DNA of 64,000 bases from an uncultured Chloroflexia bacterium (lineage in GTDB: Bacteria > Chloroflexota > Limnocylindria > Limnocylindrales > CSP1-4): NCBI GenBank assembly GCA_963816675.1, contig CAWFLS010000017.1:5831-69830 (forward strand), in the 5' to 3' direction. Below the pieces are notes generated by a model, which made no database searches, was not told the DNA's origin, and saw only the letters and a program-made list of their open reading frames with translations. Shown piece after piece: positions 38,772 through 47,800 of this stretch. How positions within the stretch are numbered: the stretch's first letter is position 1; each line of letters begins with the position of its first letter. Both the position numbers and the translations under genes were made by a program.

Positions 38772-40519
38772 GCCACTGCCTCCTCGGCGGAGAGCTGCGA
38801 GTACACGATCTCGCGGTAGGTCTCGTTCGAATCCAGCAGCTCGGTGTGCGTGCCGCTCCCCACGATCCGTCCCGCGTCCATGACGAGGATCCGGTCGGCG
38901 CCCATGATCGTGCCGACACGCTGGGCGACGATGACCACGGTGGCCCAGCCGAGCTCCCTCGCGAGCGCGGCGCGCAGGCGCGCATCGGTCGCGTAGTCGA
39001 GCGCGGAGAACGCGTCGTCGAAGATGAAGATCCCGGCCCGCTTCACGATCGCGCGGGCGATCGCCAGGCGCTGACGCTGGCCGCCGGACAGGTTTGCGCC
39101 ACCCTGGCTGATCGGAGCCTCGAGGCGGCCCTCGATGGCCTCGACGAAATCGCGTGCCTGGGCGATCTCGAGCGCTTCCCACAACGCCTCGTCGGTCGCT
39201 TCCTGGTCGCCGTAGCGCAGGTTGCTCCCGACCGTGCCGCTGAACAGGAACGCCTTCTGCGGGATGAAGGCGATGTGCTGCCACAGGTCGCCCCTGTCGA
39301 CGTCGCGGACATCGATGCCGTCGACGAGCACCGTCCCTTCAGTGGCGTCGTACAGGCGCGGCATCAGGTTGACGAGTGTCGACTTGCCGCTTCCCGTGCT
39401 TCCGACGATCGCGAGGGTCTCGCCCGGCAGGACGTCGAATGAGACCTCCCGCAGCACCGGGTCCTGCGCACCTGGATACCGGAACTCGACATCCCGGAAG
39501 GCGATCGAGCCGCCGACGCGGCGCGTGGGATCGGCGATCGGCAAGGCCACCGGACGCTCCGGGTCGTGGATGACCGGCTGTGTGTCGAGCACCTCGCGGA
39601 TCCGGCCGGCCGACACGGCTGCCCGCGGCACGAACACGAACAGGAACACCGCCATGAGCACAGAGAACAGGATCTGGATGAGGTACTGCAGAAACGCCGT
39701 CAGGTTGCCGATCGACATCGCCCCGCTGTCGACGCGGATGGCACCGAACCACATCGTCGCGACGGTCGAGAGATTGAGGATCAGGGTCATCACCGGGATG
39801 GTCACGGCGAACAGGCGGTTCACCCGGATCGACGTGTCGAAGAGGTCCAGGCTCGCTTCGTCGAAACGGCGCTCCTCGTGCTCCGTGCGCACGAACGCCC
39901 GGATCACCCGAATGCCTGCCAGCGTCTCGCGCATCACCTGGTTGATCCGGTCGAGCTTGACCTGGGTCGCCCGGAACAGCGGGATCGCCCGGCTCATCAC
40001 GACGCCGATAAAGCCGGCCATGAGCGGGAGGACGATCACGAGCAGCAACGACAGGGGACCGTCCTGGCGGACGGCCAGGATGATGCCGCCGACGGCCATG
40101 ATCGGCGCCGTGATCAACACTGTCAGCCCCATGAACGCGAGGGTCTGGACCTGAAGGACGTCGTTCGTGTTGCGGGTGATGAGCGACGCCGGCCCGAACG
40201 TATTCAGTTCGATCTGGGAAAACGTCTCGACCTTCCGGAAGATCACCCGGCGGACGTCACGACCGAGCCCCATGGCGGTCCGCGCGGCGAAGTAGACCGC
40301 GATGATCGAGGTCACTCCGACTACGAGTGTGACGACGAGCATCAGGCCGCCGACTCGGATGATGAAGTCGGTGTCGCCCTTGGCCACGCCGTCGTTGATG
40401 ATCTCGCCGTTGAGCGTCGGCAGGTAGAGGTTGCCGATCGCCGTGACGAGTGTCAGGCCGATGATCAACGCGATCTGTCGGGCGTACGGCCGAAGATAGG
40501 TTCGAAGCAGGCCGATCAC
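38768..40519 (-). CDS. ABC transporter permease/ATPase (type I exporter half-transporter)
   Basis: Intact 583 aa. Walker A GSTGSGKST, signature LSGGQRQR, Walker B IFIFDDAFS, and six N-terminal hydrophobic segments. Confidence 0.9.
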   Translation of the reverse strand: MIGLLRTYLRPYARQIALIIGLTLVTAIGNLYLPTLNGEIINDGVAKGDTDFIIRVGGLMLVVTLVVGVTSIIAVYFAARTAMGLGRDVRRVIFRKVETFSQIELNTFGPASLITRNTNDVLQVQTLAFMGLTVLITAPIMAVGGIILAVRQDGPLSLLLVIVLPLMAGFIGVVMSRAIPLFRATQVKLDRINQVMRETLAGIRVIRAFVRTEHEERRFDEASLDLFDTSIRVNRLFAVTIPVMTLILNLSTVATMWFGAIRVDSGAMSIGNLTAFLQYLIQILFSVLMAVFLFVFVPRAAVSAGRIREVLDTQPVIHDPERPVALPIADPTRRVGGSIAFRDVEFRYPGAQDPVLREVSFDVLPGETLAIVGSTGSGKSTLVNLMPRLYDATEGTVLVDGIDVRDVDRGDLWQHIAFIPQKAFLFSGTVGSNLRYGDQEATDEALWEALEIAQARDFVEAIEGRLEAPISQGGANLSGGQRQRLAIARAIVKRAGIFIFDDAFSALDYATDARLRAALARELGWATVVIVAQRVGTIMGADRILVMDAGRIVGSGTHTELLDSNETYREIVYSQLSAEEAVA

Positions 40520-40558
40520 GGTGTTGCCTTGCCGAGCGCGGCGGGCTTGCTGCGAGCC

Positions 40559-41203
40559 TTATGGGCATGGGCCGACGCCGTGCCGGCTTGCTCGACGTCG
40601 TTCGGCTGCCGGCGCGTCGGCCTTGACAGCCTGCGCGACGTACGCCGCCCGTGCCGCGTGAAGGGCCCGATGCCCCGTGAGCAGCGCCGAGAGCTCGTCA
40701 TCCGTCAGCGAGTCGAGCAATCGGGTCAGTCCTTCGCGTCGCCGTGCATCGATGTCTCGGAAGATCTGCTCACCGGCCGGGGAACGGTCGACCACGACCA
40801 CGCGGCGGTCCGTCTCGTCGTGGCGGCGAACGACGAGCCCGCGATTTTCCATCCGGCTGATGATCCCGGTCGCGCTCGCGACGGATACGTCGAGAAGCTC
40901 CGCGAGACGGCCCATCGACGTGGGTCCGGCGTCTTCGAGGACCATCAGCACGTCGAGGTGGACCAGGCTGATGGCGCCCCGATGCCAATGGCGGAGGGCC
41001 CGCGTCCACTCTCGCGGGTTCCACGACGTCAGCTCGCCTACGACCTCGGCGACAAGATGCCGTTCGTTGCGACGCCCCGGCTGCGCGAGGACGCTTGCGA
41101 CTGATATTCGATGGCACGTTGATAATCTACATGATGCGTATGACGTCACGCAACGGCCGTCGCCTGAGCGGACGTATCCTCGCGGGACTCGATCAGTCGA
41201 CAA
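40559..41203 (-). CDS. MarR family transcriptional regulator (start uncertain)
   Basis: ..LVHLDVLMVLEDAGPTSMGRLAELLDVSVASATGIISRMENRGLVVRRHDETDRRVVVVDRSPAGE... A realistic N-terminus would be near 41060-41100, but no ATG/GTG/TTG lies in frame there. The ORF start at 41203 falls in an AT-rich, promoter-like stretch. Confidence 0.7.
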   Translation of the reverse strand: MSTDRVPRGYVRSGDGRCVTSYASCRLSTCHRISVASVLAQPGRRNERHLVAEVVGELTSWNPREWTRALRHWHRGAISLVHLDVLMVLEDAGPTSMGRLAELLDVSVASATGIISRMENRGLVVRRHDETDRRVVVVDRSPAGEQIFRDIDARRREGLTRLLDSLTDDELSALLTGHRALHAARAAYVAQAVKADAPAAERRRASRHGVGPCP

Positions 41204-41216
41204 CTCCGGAGGTCCT

Positions 41217-41492
41217 GTGGAACCAGATCTCGCCGAGTGCGGCCATCTCGATCAGATCCGCGACGTCACCCCGTCCGCCGACGGGTGCGAGGACTGCCTC
41301 CGGACCGGCGGGCAGTGGGTCCACCTCCGCCTCTGCCTGACCTGTGGCCATGTCGGCTGCTGCGACCAATCCACCGGCCGCCATGCGACGGCCCACTGGA
41401 AGTCGACCAGGCACCCGATCATCCGCTCGTTCGAGCGCGGCGAGGACTGGGCGTGGTGCTTCGAGGACGACCTGGTGCTCGAGCCCGTCTGA
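41217..41492 (+). CDS. UBP-type zinc-finger domain protein
   Basis: GTG 41217 lies 4 nt after GGAGG. Sequence is VEPDLAECGHLDQIRDVTPSADGCEDCLRTGGQWVHLRLCLTCGHVGCCDQSTGRHATAHWKSTRHPIIRS. Confidence 0.75.
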   Translation: MEPDLAECGHLDQIRDVTPSADGCEDCLRTGGQWVHLRLCLTCGHVGCCDQSTGRHATAHWKSTRHPIIRSFERGEDWAWCFEDDLVLEPV

Positions 41493-41493
41493 G

Positions 41494-41964
41494 ATGGAGA
41501 TCGGCCCGGATCCGTATGCGAAGGCGATCGAGGCCGAGCGTGAGGCGTGGTACGAGGTCGCCGCGCTCGTCCGTGAGCTCAGAGTCGAGGAGCGGATGCT
41601 GCCCGGCTACTACATGGACCCTGCCTGGTCTGTTCGTGACGTCGTAGGCCACATCGGGGCCTGGCTCGCCGAAGGAGCGGCCCAGCTCGAACGGATCGCG
41701 GCCGGCACGTACCAGGGCCATGACGTCGACATCGATGGCTTGAACGCGGCCTTCCTCGAGGCGATGCGTGACCAGCCGTGGGACGTCGCGTGGCTCACCG
41801 CCAATGCCGGCCGGACGAGGATGCTCCAATGCTGGGTGGGCCTCGGTCAGGCGAACGAGGAAGCCGCCTGGTGGATCGCCAAATCGGGCGGCGACCACTA
41901 CCAGGAGCATCTCGGTCGCCTTCGCGCCTGGGTGGCGGAGCTCGTCGGGCGCCGGAGGGAGTAG
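41494..41964 (+). CDS. DinB-family (mycothiol-dependent-enzyme-like four-helix bundle) protein
   Basis: The ATG is 1 nt after the Zn-finger stop. Sequence is ..WSVRDVVGHIGAWLAEGAAQLERIAAGTY..DHYQEHLGRLRAWV. Confidence 0.55.
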   Translation: MEIGPDPYAKAIEAEREAWYEVAALVRELRVEERMLPGYYMDPAWSVRDVVGHIGAWLAEGAAQLERIAAGTYQGHDVDIDGLNAAFLEAMRDQPWDVAWLTANAGRTRMLQCWVGLGQANEEAAWWIAKSGGDHYQEHLGRLRAWVAELVGRRRE

Positions 41965-42255
41965 CCCGCGCGACCGGCCGACGTGGCGGTTCGGTACGGA
42001 ACCGATCTCTTACGAGCCCCAGGTGGACCCCTGCAGAAACGACGTGTTGCTGCAGTCTGGGCGGTGATCCACGAGGCTCTTGTTCCGAAACCGTTCTCGC
42101 GGGAACACTGCGTCGCGCGGCGAGCCGCGGGCGGCGCGCCCACGGCCCGTTCATCTGTCACCGGGATGCGACACGAGCGCGGCGCGACGCGGTGCGGGCG
42201 TCGGGCGTCGCGCGGTGCAATGGCACCAGGAATCGGGAATGGAGGTGACGACGGA

Positions 42256-42429
42256 ATGCCGGAGCAGGCTTGGAGCGACAAGCGCGAGCGTCAGTACGAG
42301 CACATCAAGGAGTCGTACGAGGATCGCGGCGTCGACGAGGATGAGGCGGAGGAGCGAGCGGCACGGACGGTGAACAAGACCCGTCGTGAGCACGGCGAGA
42401 CGAAGGACTCGAGCAGCAAGAAGAGCTGA
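42256..42429 (+). CDS. small charged hypothetical protein (57 aa)
   Basis: GGAGGTGA precedes the ATG at 42256. Sequence is MPEQAWSDKRERQYEHIKESYEDRGVDEDEAEERAARTVNKTRREHGETKDSSSKKS. Confidence 0.5.
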   Translation: MPEQAWSDKRERQYEHIKESYEDRGVDEDEAEERAARTVNKTRREHGETKDSSSKKS

Positions 42430-42614
42430 TCGAGCGCCGGGCCGGCGTTAACCCAGCGGCAGACCGGACCTCACACGGCCGGACCGGCCGGCCGACCGAT
42501 ACGCCGTTGAGATACCGGCCCGGTTCCTGTGACGGGCCGCTGCAGCGTCCCCGATTACGGTCCGTCTCGGCGACGTCCGGGGCGACATCCACTCTCAACC
42601 ACGGACGCTGACCT

Positions 42615-42644
42615 GAGCCCGGTCCCACCCCGGGGGCCGGGCTC
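42615..42644 (-). terminator. GC-rich hairpin ~55 nt downstream of the glycosyltransferase gene
   Basis: gagcccgg ... ccgggctc (8-bp stem), with an inner cccc/gggg pairing possible. No clear U-tract. Confidence 0.3.
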
Positions 42645-42698
42645 TTCATCTGCCCCGGAGGCAACACCCCCATGCCACGAGTCGAGGCAGCATGCGCA

Positions 42699-43871
42699 TC
42701 ACCGACGTGTGGCGAGCGACCCTCGCGCGGACGGCGTCGGCGGACGCGCCGACGACAGGCGGGTGATCGGTTCGGGAGGCGCGGGTCGGGGCGACTCGGT
42801 GCCGTTCATCTCGGTGGTGTCCATGCCGAGCATCTGCCGGTACAGGTCGATGTAGTCGTCGGTCATCCGGGCTGCCGAGAATCGCTCGAGCACGTACTTT
42901 CGGATCTCGAGCCTGTCGAGCCGGTCGACCCCGTCGACCTTGAACGCCATCTGGCCGACGTCGTCGCCGAAGAAGCCGTCGACGCCGTCACGGATGATCT
43001 CGGGCAAGGCGCCGCTCCGCCGGGCGATCACCGGCGTGCCGCAGGCCATCGCCTCGATCGCGACAAGACCGAACGGTTCCGGCCAGGAGCCGGGCATGAG
43101 AGCCGCGGCACTCTCCGCGAAGAGTGCGTCCCGTTCCGCCTGCTGGAGCTCGCCAAGGAACTCGACGTCGCTGCCGGCGGCCTCGAGTGCCGGACGGAAG
43201 ACGTCCTCGTAGTAGGCCCGCTCCGGCGGCGTCTCGCCGATCTTGGCCGCGATCCTCAACGGCCGGGCGGCCCGTCGGGCGATCTCCATGGCATCGACGA
43301 TGCCCTTTTCCGGCGCCACCCGGCCCACAAAGCACAACGCGTCGCTGCGCCGGCGGTCGAACGGCGCGTCGGCCAGCGACAGGCCGTTGTGGATGACAGT
43401 CCAGGGCACGTCCGGGTGGGTCGACGCCTGGTTGTGGCTGATCGCGACGAGGCCGGTCGGCGGGCTGCTCAGTGCGTCGCGCGCCCACGGATGATCCAGG
43501 CGGCCGTGGAATGTCGACACGACCGGGACGCTCAGGACCTGGTGGAGCAGGAGGCTCCACCACTCGAGGTGCGAGTGGACGATGTCGAACTCGCCCGCCT
43601 GATCGATGACCCGGCGCATCGTCGCGAGCATGTATGGCCCGACGTCGCCGCCGTAGCCCGACGGCCGGAGCGCGACGGGCACCGTCTCGACATGGCGACC
43701 GGGTATATCGGAGTCTCCGCTGGCGAACGTCGTGACGTCGTGACCGCGACGTGTCAGCTCGACGACGAGTTCGTGGACGATCCGCTCCGTTCCGCCGTAC
43801 GCGTGGGGCGGCACGCGCTCGATCGGCGGAGCGACGTGAGCGATCCGGAGTGCAGGGGACATCGGTGGGCA
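42699..43871 (-). CDS. GT4 family glycosyltransferase
   Basis: ATG 43871 begins MSPALRIAHVAPPIERVPPHAYGGTERIV.. Also contains ..EPFGLVAIEAMACGTPVIARRSGALPEII. Confidence 0.85.
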   Translation of the reverse strand, partial: CPPMSPALRIAHVAPPIERVPPHAYGGTERIVHELVVELTRRGHDVTTFASGDSDIPGRHVETVPVALRPSGYGGDVGPYMLATMRRVIDQAGEFDIVHSHLEWWSLLLHQVLSVPVVSTFHGRLDHPWARDALSSPPTGLVAISHNQASTHPDVPWTVIHNGLSLADAPFDRRRSDALCFVGRVAPEKGIVDAMEIARRAARPLRIAAKIGETPPERAYYEDVFRPALEAAGSDVEFLGELQQAERDALFAESAAALMPGSWPEPFGLVAIEAMACGTPVIARRSGALPEIIRDGVDGFFGDDVGQMAFKVDGVDRLDRLEIRKYVLERFSAARMTDDYIDLYRQMLGMDTTEMNGTESPRPAPPEPITRLSSARPPTPSARGSLATRR

Positions 43872-44017
43872 CCTCAAAGACGGCCCCGACCGGGCGGGCC
43901 AACCCGGGCCAACGGTAGTCGCCGTGCGGTCCGGGCGCCATCGCCAGCCGTTCAGGACGATATTGCAGCGGCATCGCAGCTTCGTGTGGTATCCATGCGC
44001 CACACCGGAGGACCGCA

Positions 44018-45649
44018 TTGACTGCTCAGGGCAAGGAACGTCGGGCCATGATGCGCACCGCTCGCAATGCCATCCGCCGCGACCGGCGGAGCATGGCCGC
44101 GGTCGTGGGTCCACCCGTGACCGCGATACAGGAGATCGCGATCGGTGCCCTGATCGGTGCCGGCTCGATCGTCGCGAAGGCGGCTTTCAACGCGCTCCTC
44201 GGCGGCGAAACGGGGTTCATCATCCTGTTCGCCGGCGCACTGGTCGGCGCGTGGTTCGGCGGCCTGCGGGGCGGAGTGGCCGCGACCCTCACTGCGGCGG
44301 TCCTCAACGTCATGGTCTTCATCGCGCCCCGGTCCTTGCCGATGACCGGGCTCGACGCGGGCCGGACGGTCCTGTACGTGCTCGGCGGGCTGCTGGTGAC
44401 ATGGCTCATCCACACGCTGCGGACGTCAAGGGATCGACTCGCCGCGTCATTGGTCGATCTCGGGGCGATGGCGGCTGCGGTCGAACGTCGCGACGAACGT
44501 CTTGAGATGGTCCTCGCGTCCTCGGGCACCGGGTTCTGGGAGTGGGACGTACGAACTGGCGAGCTGACATGGTCGGAAACGATCTACCGCCAGCACGGCC
44601 TCGATCCGGAAGGCGAAGCACCGTCCTTCGAGCGATACATCGAGACCATCCATCCAGACGATCGTGAGCGGTTTCGCCGCACGATGGACGAGACGCTCGA
44701 ATCGCGCGACACGTTCAGCCTCGAGTTCCGGATCGTCTGGGCGGACGGTTCCGTCCGCTGGACCCACGGCGTCGGCCGCATCTTCCGAGATCCCGATGGA
44801 CGTCCGACGCGGCTGATCGGGACCGGCACCGACATCACCGAGCAGCACCGGCTCGAGGCCGACCGGGATCGGCTCCTTGCCGACGAACGGCGCGCGGGCG
44901 CCTTCCGCGAGGCATTCATCGACGTCATCTCGCACGAGCTGCGCACGCCCATCACCACCATCTTCGGGCTGACACGGATCCTCGCCCGACCGGGCCGCGT
45001 CGACGACGCAACCGAGCGCGCCGGGCTCATCGACGACATCGCGGTGGAATCCGAGCGTCTGTTCCGACTGGTCGAGGACCTCCTGGTTCTCACACGGGCC
45101 GAGCGTGGCCAGTTCGCCGTCGAGGCCGAACCACTCGAGCTCCGACGGCTCCTCGCCCGCGTGGTCGCTCGAGAGCAGGCGAGGCTGCCCGGTCTGATGA
45201 TCAGTACCGAGATCGCCCGCGACCTCCCGGTCGTCGCCGGCGAGCAGACGTACGTCGAGCAGATCGTCCGGAACATGCTCTCGAATGCTGCCAAGTACAC
45301 CCCGCCGGGTACCCAGGTCATCGTCCGCGCCGAGCAGAAGGACTCCGCTGTCGCCGTTCGTGTGCTCGATTCGGGCCCGGGCATCGACCCCGCGGCCGCC
45401 GAGCGCGCGTTCGAGCTGTTCTATCGAGACCCAGACAGGGCGCGCTCGGTCGCCGGCTCGGGCATCGGTCTCTTCGTCTGCGCCAGTCTCGTCGAAGCGA
45501 TGGGCGGCAGGATCTGGGCGCAGCCGCGGCCCGAGGGCGGTGCCGAGTTCGGCTTCACATTGCGGGTCCTCCCAGATGACGAATCGATGCTCGCGAGCCG
45601 GCCGCTCCGGTCCGCCGCCGGTGTGGCGTCGGGAGCTGACCCGGACTGA
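44018..45649 (+). CDS. sensor histidine kinase: DUF4118-like membrane domain + PAS + HisKA + HATPase
   Basis: Membrane part IAIGALIGAGSIVAKAAFN..FIILFAGALVGAWFGGLRGG... PAS part SGTGFWEWDVRTGELTWSETIYRQHG... H-box FIDVISHELRTPITTIFG. G-boxes LDSGPGI and GSGIGL. Intact. TTG 44018 or ATG 44048. Confidence 0.85.
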   Translation: MTAQGKERRAMMRTARNAIRRDRRSMAAVVGPPVTAIQEIAIGALIGAGSIVAKAAFNALLGGETGFIILFAGALVGAWFGGLRGGVAATLTAAVLNVMVFIAPRSLPMTGLDAGRTVLYVLGGLLVTWLIHTLRTSRDRLAASLVDLGAMAAAVERRDERLEMVLASSGTGFWEWDVRTGELTWSETIYRQHGLDPEGEAPSFERYIETIHPDDRERFRRTMDETLESRDTFSLEFRIVWADGSVRWTHGVGRIFRDPDGRPTRLIGTGTDITEQHRLEADRDRLLADERRAGAFREAFIDVISHELRTPITTIFGLTRILARPGRVDDATERAGLIDDIAVESERLFRLVEDLLVLTRAERGQFAVEAEPLELRRLLARVVAREQARLPGLMISTEIARDLPVVAGEQTYVEQIVRNMLSNAAKYTPPGTQVIVRAEQKDSAVAVRVLDSGPGIDPAAAERAFELFYRDPDRARSVAGSGIGLFVCASLVEAMGGRIWAQPRPEGGAEFGFTLRVLPDDESMLASRPLRSAAGVASGADPD

Positions 45650-45767
45650 CCATCGCCCGAACCCATACCAACTCTTGACGAAAGGGGCCCGTTCGTCGCA
45701 CGGTGTTACGGCGGAATCCGCGCGGACCTGCAACTCCCGCGGACGTGTGTAGGTATGGGGAAGACGG

Positions 45768-46376
45768 GTGGCCGACGACGCGGTGATCCGGCTGCTGCAA
45801 TTCAGAGCGCTGGGCACAGCCTTCGACGAGGTTCTTCGCGATGATGTGATCCCGCGCCTCTGTGCTCGGCGGGGGATCGTCGATTGCGTCTGCGGTCGGC
45901 AGGGTCCGGAACAGGCCGGACCCCGGATCATCGCCTCCGTATGGCCGAGTGAAGCGACCATGCGAACGGCCTTGGCCGAAGACGCCGGAGACGAGCTCGG
46001 TCCCGAGGGTGAGGGGGAGACGGGTGACCACCTCGTCGAGGTCCTTCCGTTGCGGGTCGCCAAGCGCTTTGTCCTCGATGGTCCACCGCGCATCTTGCGG
46101 GTCCTTCGCGGGCATGTCCGCGTCGGCGAGATGGACCTCTACGAGCAGGACATGCGCGACGGGACGGACGTGGATGCCGCTGGACTCCACAGCCCATCCG
46201 TGGTCTACATGGCAGAGGTCGGACCCGAGGAGCTGGTCTCGATTTCCACCTGGCGGCGCTGGCAGGACATCGAATACGCGACCGGCGGAGACATCTTCCA
46301 GCCGCGGGCGACGCAACACCGGGACCGCCTCATCGACTGGGACGTTCGACACTTCGAGATCATCGGGAACGACTGA
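45768..46376 (+). CDS. hypothetical protein, two tandem ABM/Dabb-like half-domains
   Basis: 202 aa. Halves end ..PRIIASVWPSEATMRTAL and ..EELVSISTWRRWQDIEYA, each preceded by a beta-alpha-beta-like stretch. Similarity was judged by eye only. Confidence 0.5.
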   Translation: MADDAVIRLLQFRALGTAFDEVLRDDVIPRLCARRGIVDCVCGRQGPEQAGPRIIASVWPSEATMRTALAEDAGDELGPEGEGETGDHLVEVLPLRVAKRFVLDGPPRILRVLRGHVRVGEMDLYEQDMRDGTDVDAAGLHSPSVVYMAEVGPEELVSISTWRRWQDIEYATGGDIFQPRATQHRDRLIDWDVRHFEIIGND

Positions 46377-46545
46377 CTGTTATGCCGCTGCAAGGTCGGC
46401 ACCGCCTCGGAGTATCGAACGTTGCATGGCCGGGACCGTAGGGTAATCACGCAACAGGGGCGACACCCCGAACCCGAGCCTCTCGGATGAGGTTCGATCA
46501 CATCGCAATATCCCCAGGGCGACTCGTGACGGTGGCCCGCAGCAC

Positions 46546-46579
46546 GGACGGTCCGGTCCCCCTCCCGGACCGTCCGTCG
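46546..46579 (+). terminator. perfect 13-bp stem hairpin with C-rich 8-nt loop, followed by ggggtttctt
   Basis: acggacggtccgg tccccctc ccggaccgtccgt. It lies 170 nt downstream of the stop at 46376, inside a 590-nt intergenic region. Confidence 0.35.
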
Positions 46580-46970
46580 CCGCGTCTGGGGGTTTCTTGC
46601 GGGGCGGGCCGGTTGTCTCCGGAGTAGTTACCTTGTCCCCGACGTGGGCCGCGCGCGTGATGCTGTCCGCGTGGGATCGACCGGACGCGAGCCCGCCAGC
46701 TCGAAATCCGGGCATCGATGTGTCGGGGCTCGTGTCGCCACTGGGTCCGCGGGTCGAAGAGTGCATTCGTCGTTCGCGCGCGTCATCAGGGCCTTGGGGC
46801 GCTATGCCGATCCGGTGCGCTGTAATGGCGTTGCAACATGTATAAACGGACGGGGACCGTCGGTGGCACGGACGGGACGCCATGCTGGGTGCTCAACCAC
46901 CCACGAAGGATCGTCTGGTCGCGAACGCCATAAGACGCGTCGGGCCACGTCACCAACCCAGGAGGTGCCG

Positions 46971-47723
46971 GTGAGTACCCAACCGCTCGTGCTCGTCGCA
47001 GACGACGAACCTCGCATCACAAAGCTCGTCTCGATCGCCCTCGGAGAAGAGGGATTCCGAGTGGTCACGGCCAACAGCGGCGAGGAGGCGCTCCAGAAGG
47101 CGGAGGACGTTCGCCCGGACATCGTCCTCCTCGACATCGTGATGCCGGATCTCGACGGCATCGAGGTGATGCGCCAGCTCCGCGAGCGCCGCCCGGTCGC
47201 GGTGATCCTCCTGACAGCGAAGGGTTCGACCGCCGACAAGGCGAAAGGCCTCGACCTCGGCGCCGACGACTACATCGCCAAGCCGTTCCACCCCGACGAG
47301 CTGGCCGCCCGCGTCCGCGCCGTGCTGCGGCGATCATCGGGAGCCCAGCCGGGAGCCGGCATCCTCGCCTTCGACGATGTCGAGATCGACCTCGAACGGC
47401 GGATGGTGACGCGAAACGGCGAGCTAGTGCAGCTCTCCCGAACCGAATGGCTTCTCCTCCAGCATCTCGCCGCGAACGCCGGCAAGGTCGTCCTCCACAC
47501 CGAGCTCCTGACGAAGGTCTGGGGACCGGAATATCGCGACGACCTCCAGTACCTGCGGGTGTGGGTGTCCCGGGTCCGCCGCAAGCTCGGAGCCGAACCG
47601 GGCGAGCCCGGCCGGATCAAGACCTTCCAGGGCATCGGCTACCTGCTCGATGTCGAGCCGCCGTCGGCGGCACCGGTGGAACCGCAGATGGTCAAGGACG
47701 AGCGCTCTGCGCTGATCGGCTAG
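46971..47723 (+). CDS. OmpR-family response regulator, KdpE-like
   Basis: GGAGG precedes GTG 46971. Receiver domain VLVADDEPRITKLV..DIVLLDIVMPDLDG..LTAKG... The winged helix ..LSRTEWLLLQHLAANAGKVVLHTELLTKVWGPEYRDDLQYLRVWVSRVRRKL..GIGYLL is a KdpE-type pattern. Confidence 0.85.
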   Translation: MSTQPLVLVADDEPRITKLVSIALGEEGFRVVTANSGEEALQKAEDVRPDIVLLDIVMPDLDGIEVMRQLRERRPVAVILLTAKGSTADKAKGLDLGADDYIAKPFHPDELAARVRAVLRRSSGAQPGAGILAFDDVEIDLERRMVTRNGELVQLSRTEWLLLQHLAANAGKVVLHTELLTKVWGPEYRDDLQYLRVWVSRVRRKLGAEPGEPGRIKTFQGIGYLLDVEPPSAAPVEPQMVKDERSALIG

Positions 47724-47738
47724 ACCCTCGTCTGCGAG

Positions 47739-47764
47739 CCTGGCCCGGCCCCCGCCGGGTCAGG
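47739..47764. terminator. hairpin between convergent response-regulator and Crp genes
   Basis: cctggcccggc cccc gccgggtcagg forms an 11-bp stem with one G-U pair. Confidence 0.3.
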
Positions 47765-47800
47765 CGGCGTGGCGATCGGCGACCGGCCGCGTGGCCCGTT

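Noticed and set aside
46377-46387. 11-mer ctgttatgccg shared with 51418-51428 (plus tgtaatgg at about 46815 and 51405), considered as a common operator of the two kinase-associated regions
   Set aside because: A rough estimate for a 64-kb GC-rich sequence predicts thousands of chance 11-mer coincidences. There is no dyad symmetry and no consistent distance to start codons.
46480-46500. ggttcgatc, resembling a tRNA T-loop
   Set aside because: The flanks cannot form a T-stem or acceptor stem, and no anticodon or D arm could be drawn. The same holds for gggttcgaccccc near 16186 and tcgatcccgcc near 12376.
44018-47723. Calling the kinase/regulator pair canonical KdpD/KdpE
   Set aside because: The kinase lacks the large N-terminal KdpD/Usp domains and carries a PAS domain instead. 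No kdpFABC is present, and the two genes are separated by another gene and a 590-nt spacer.
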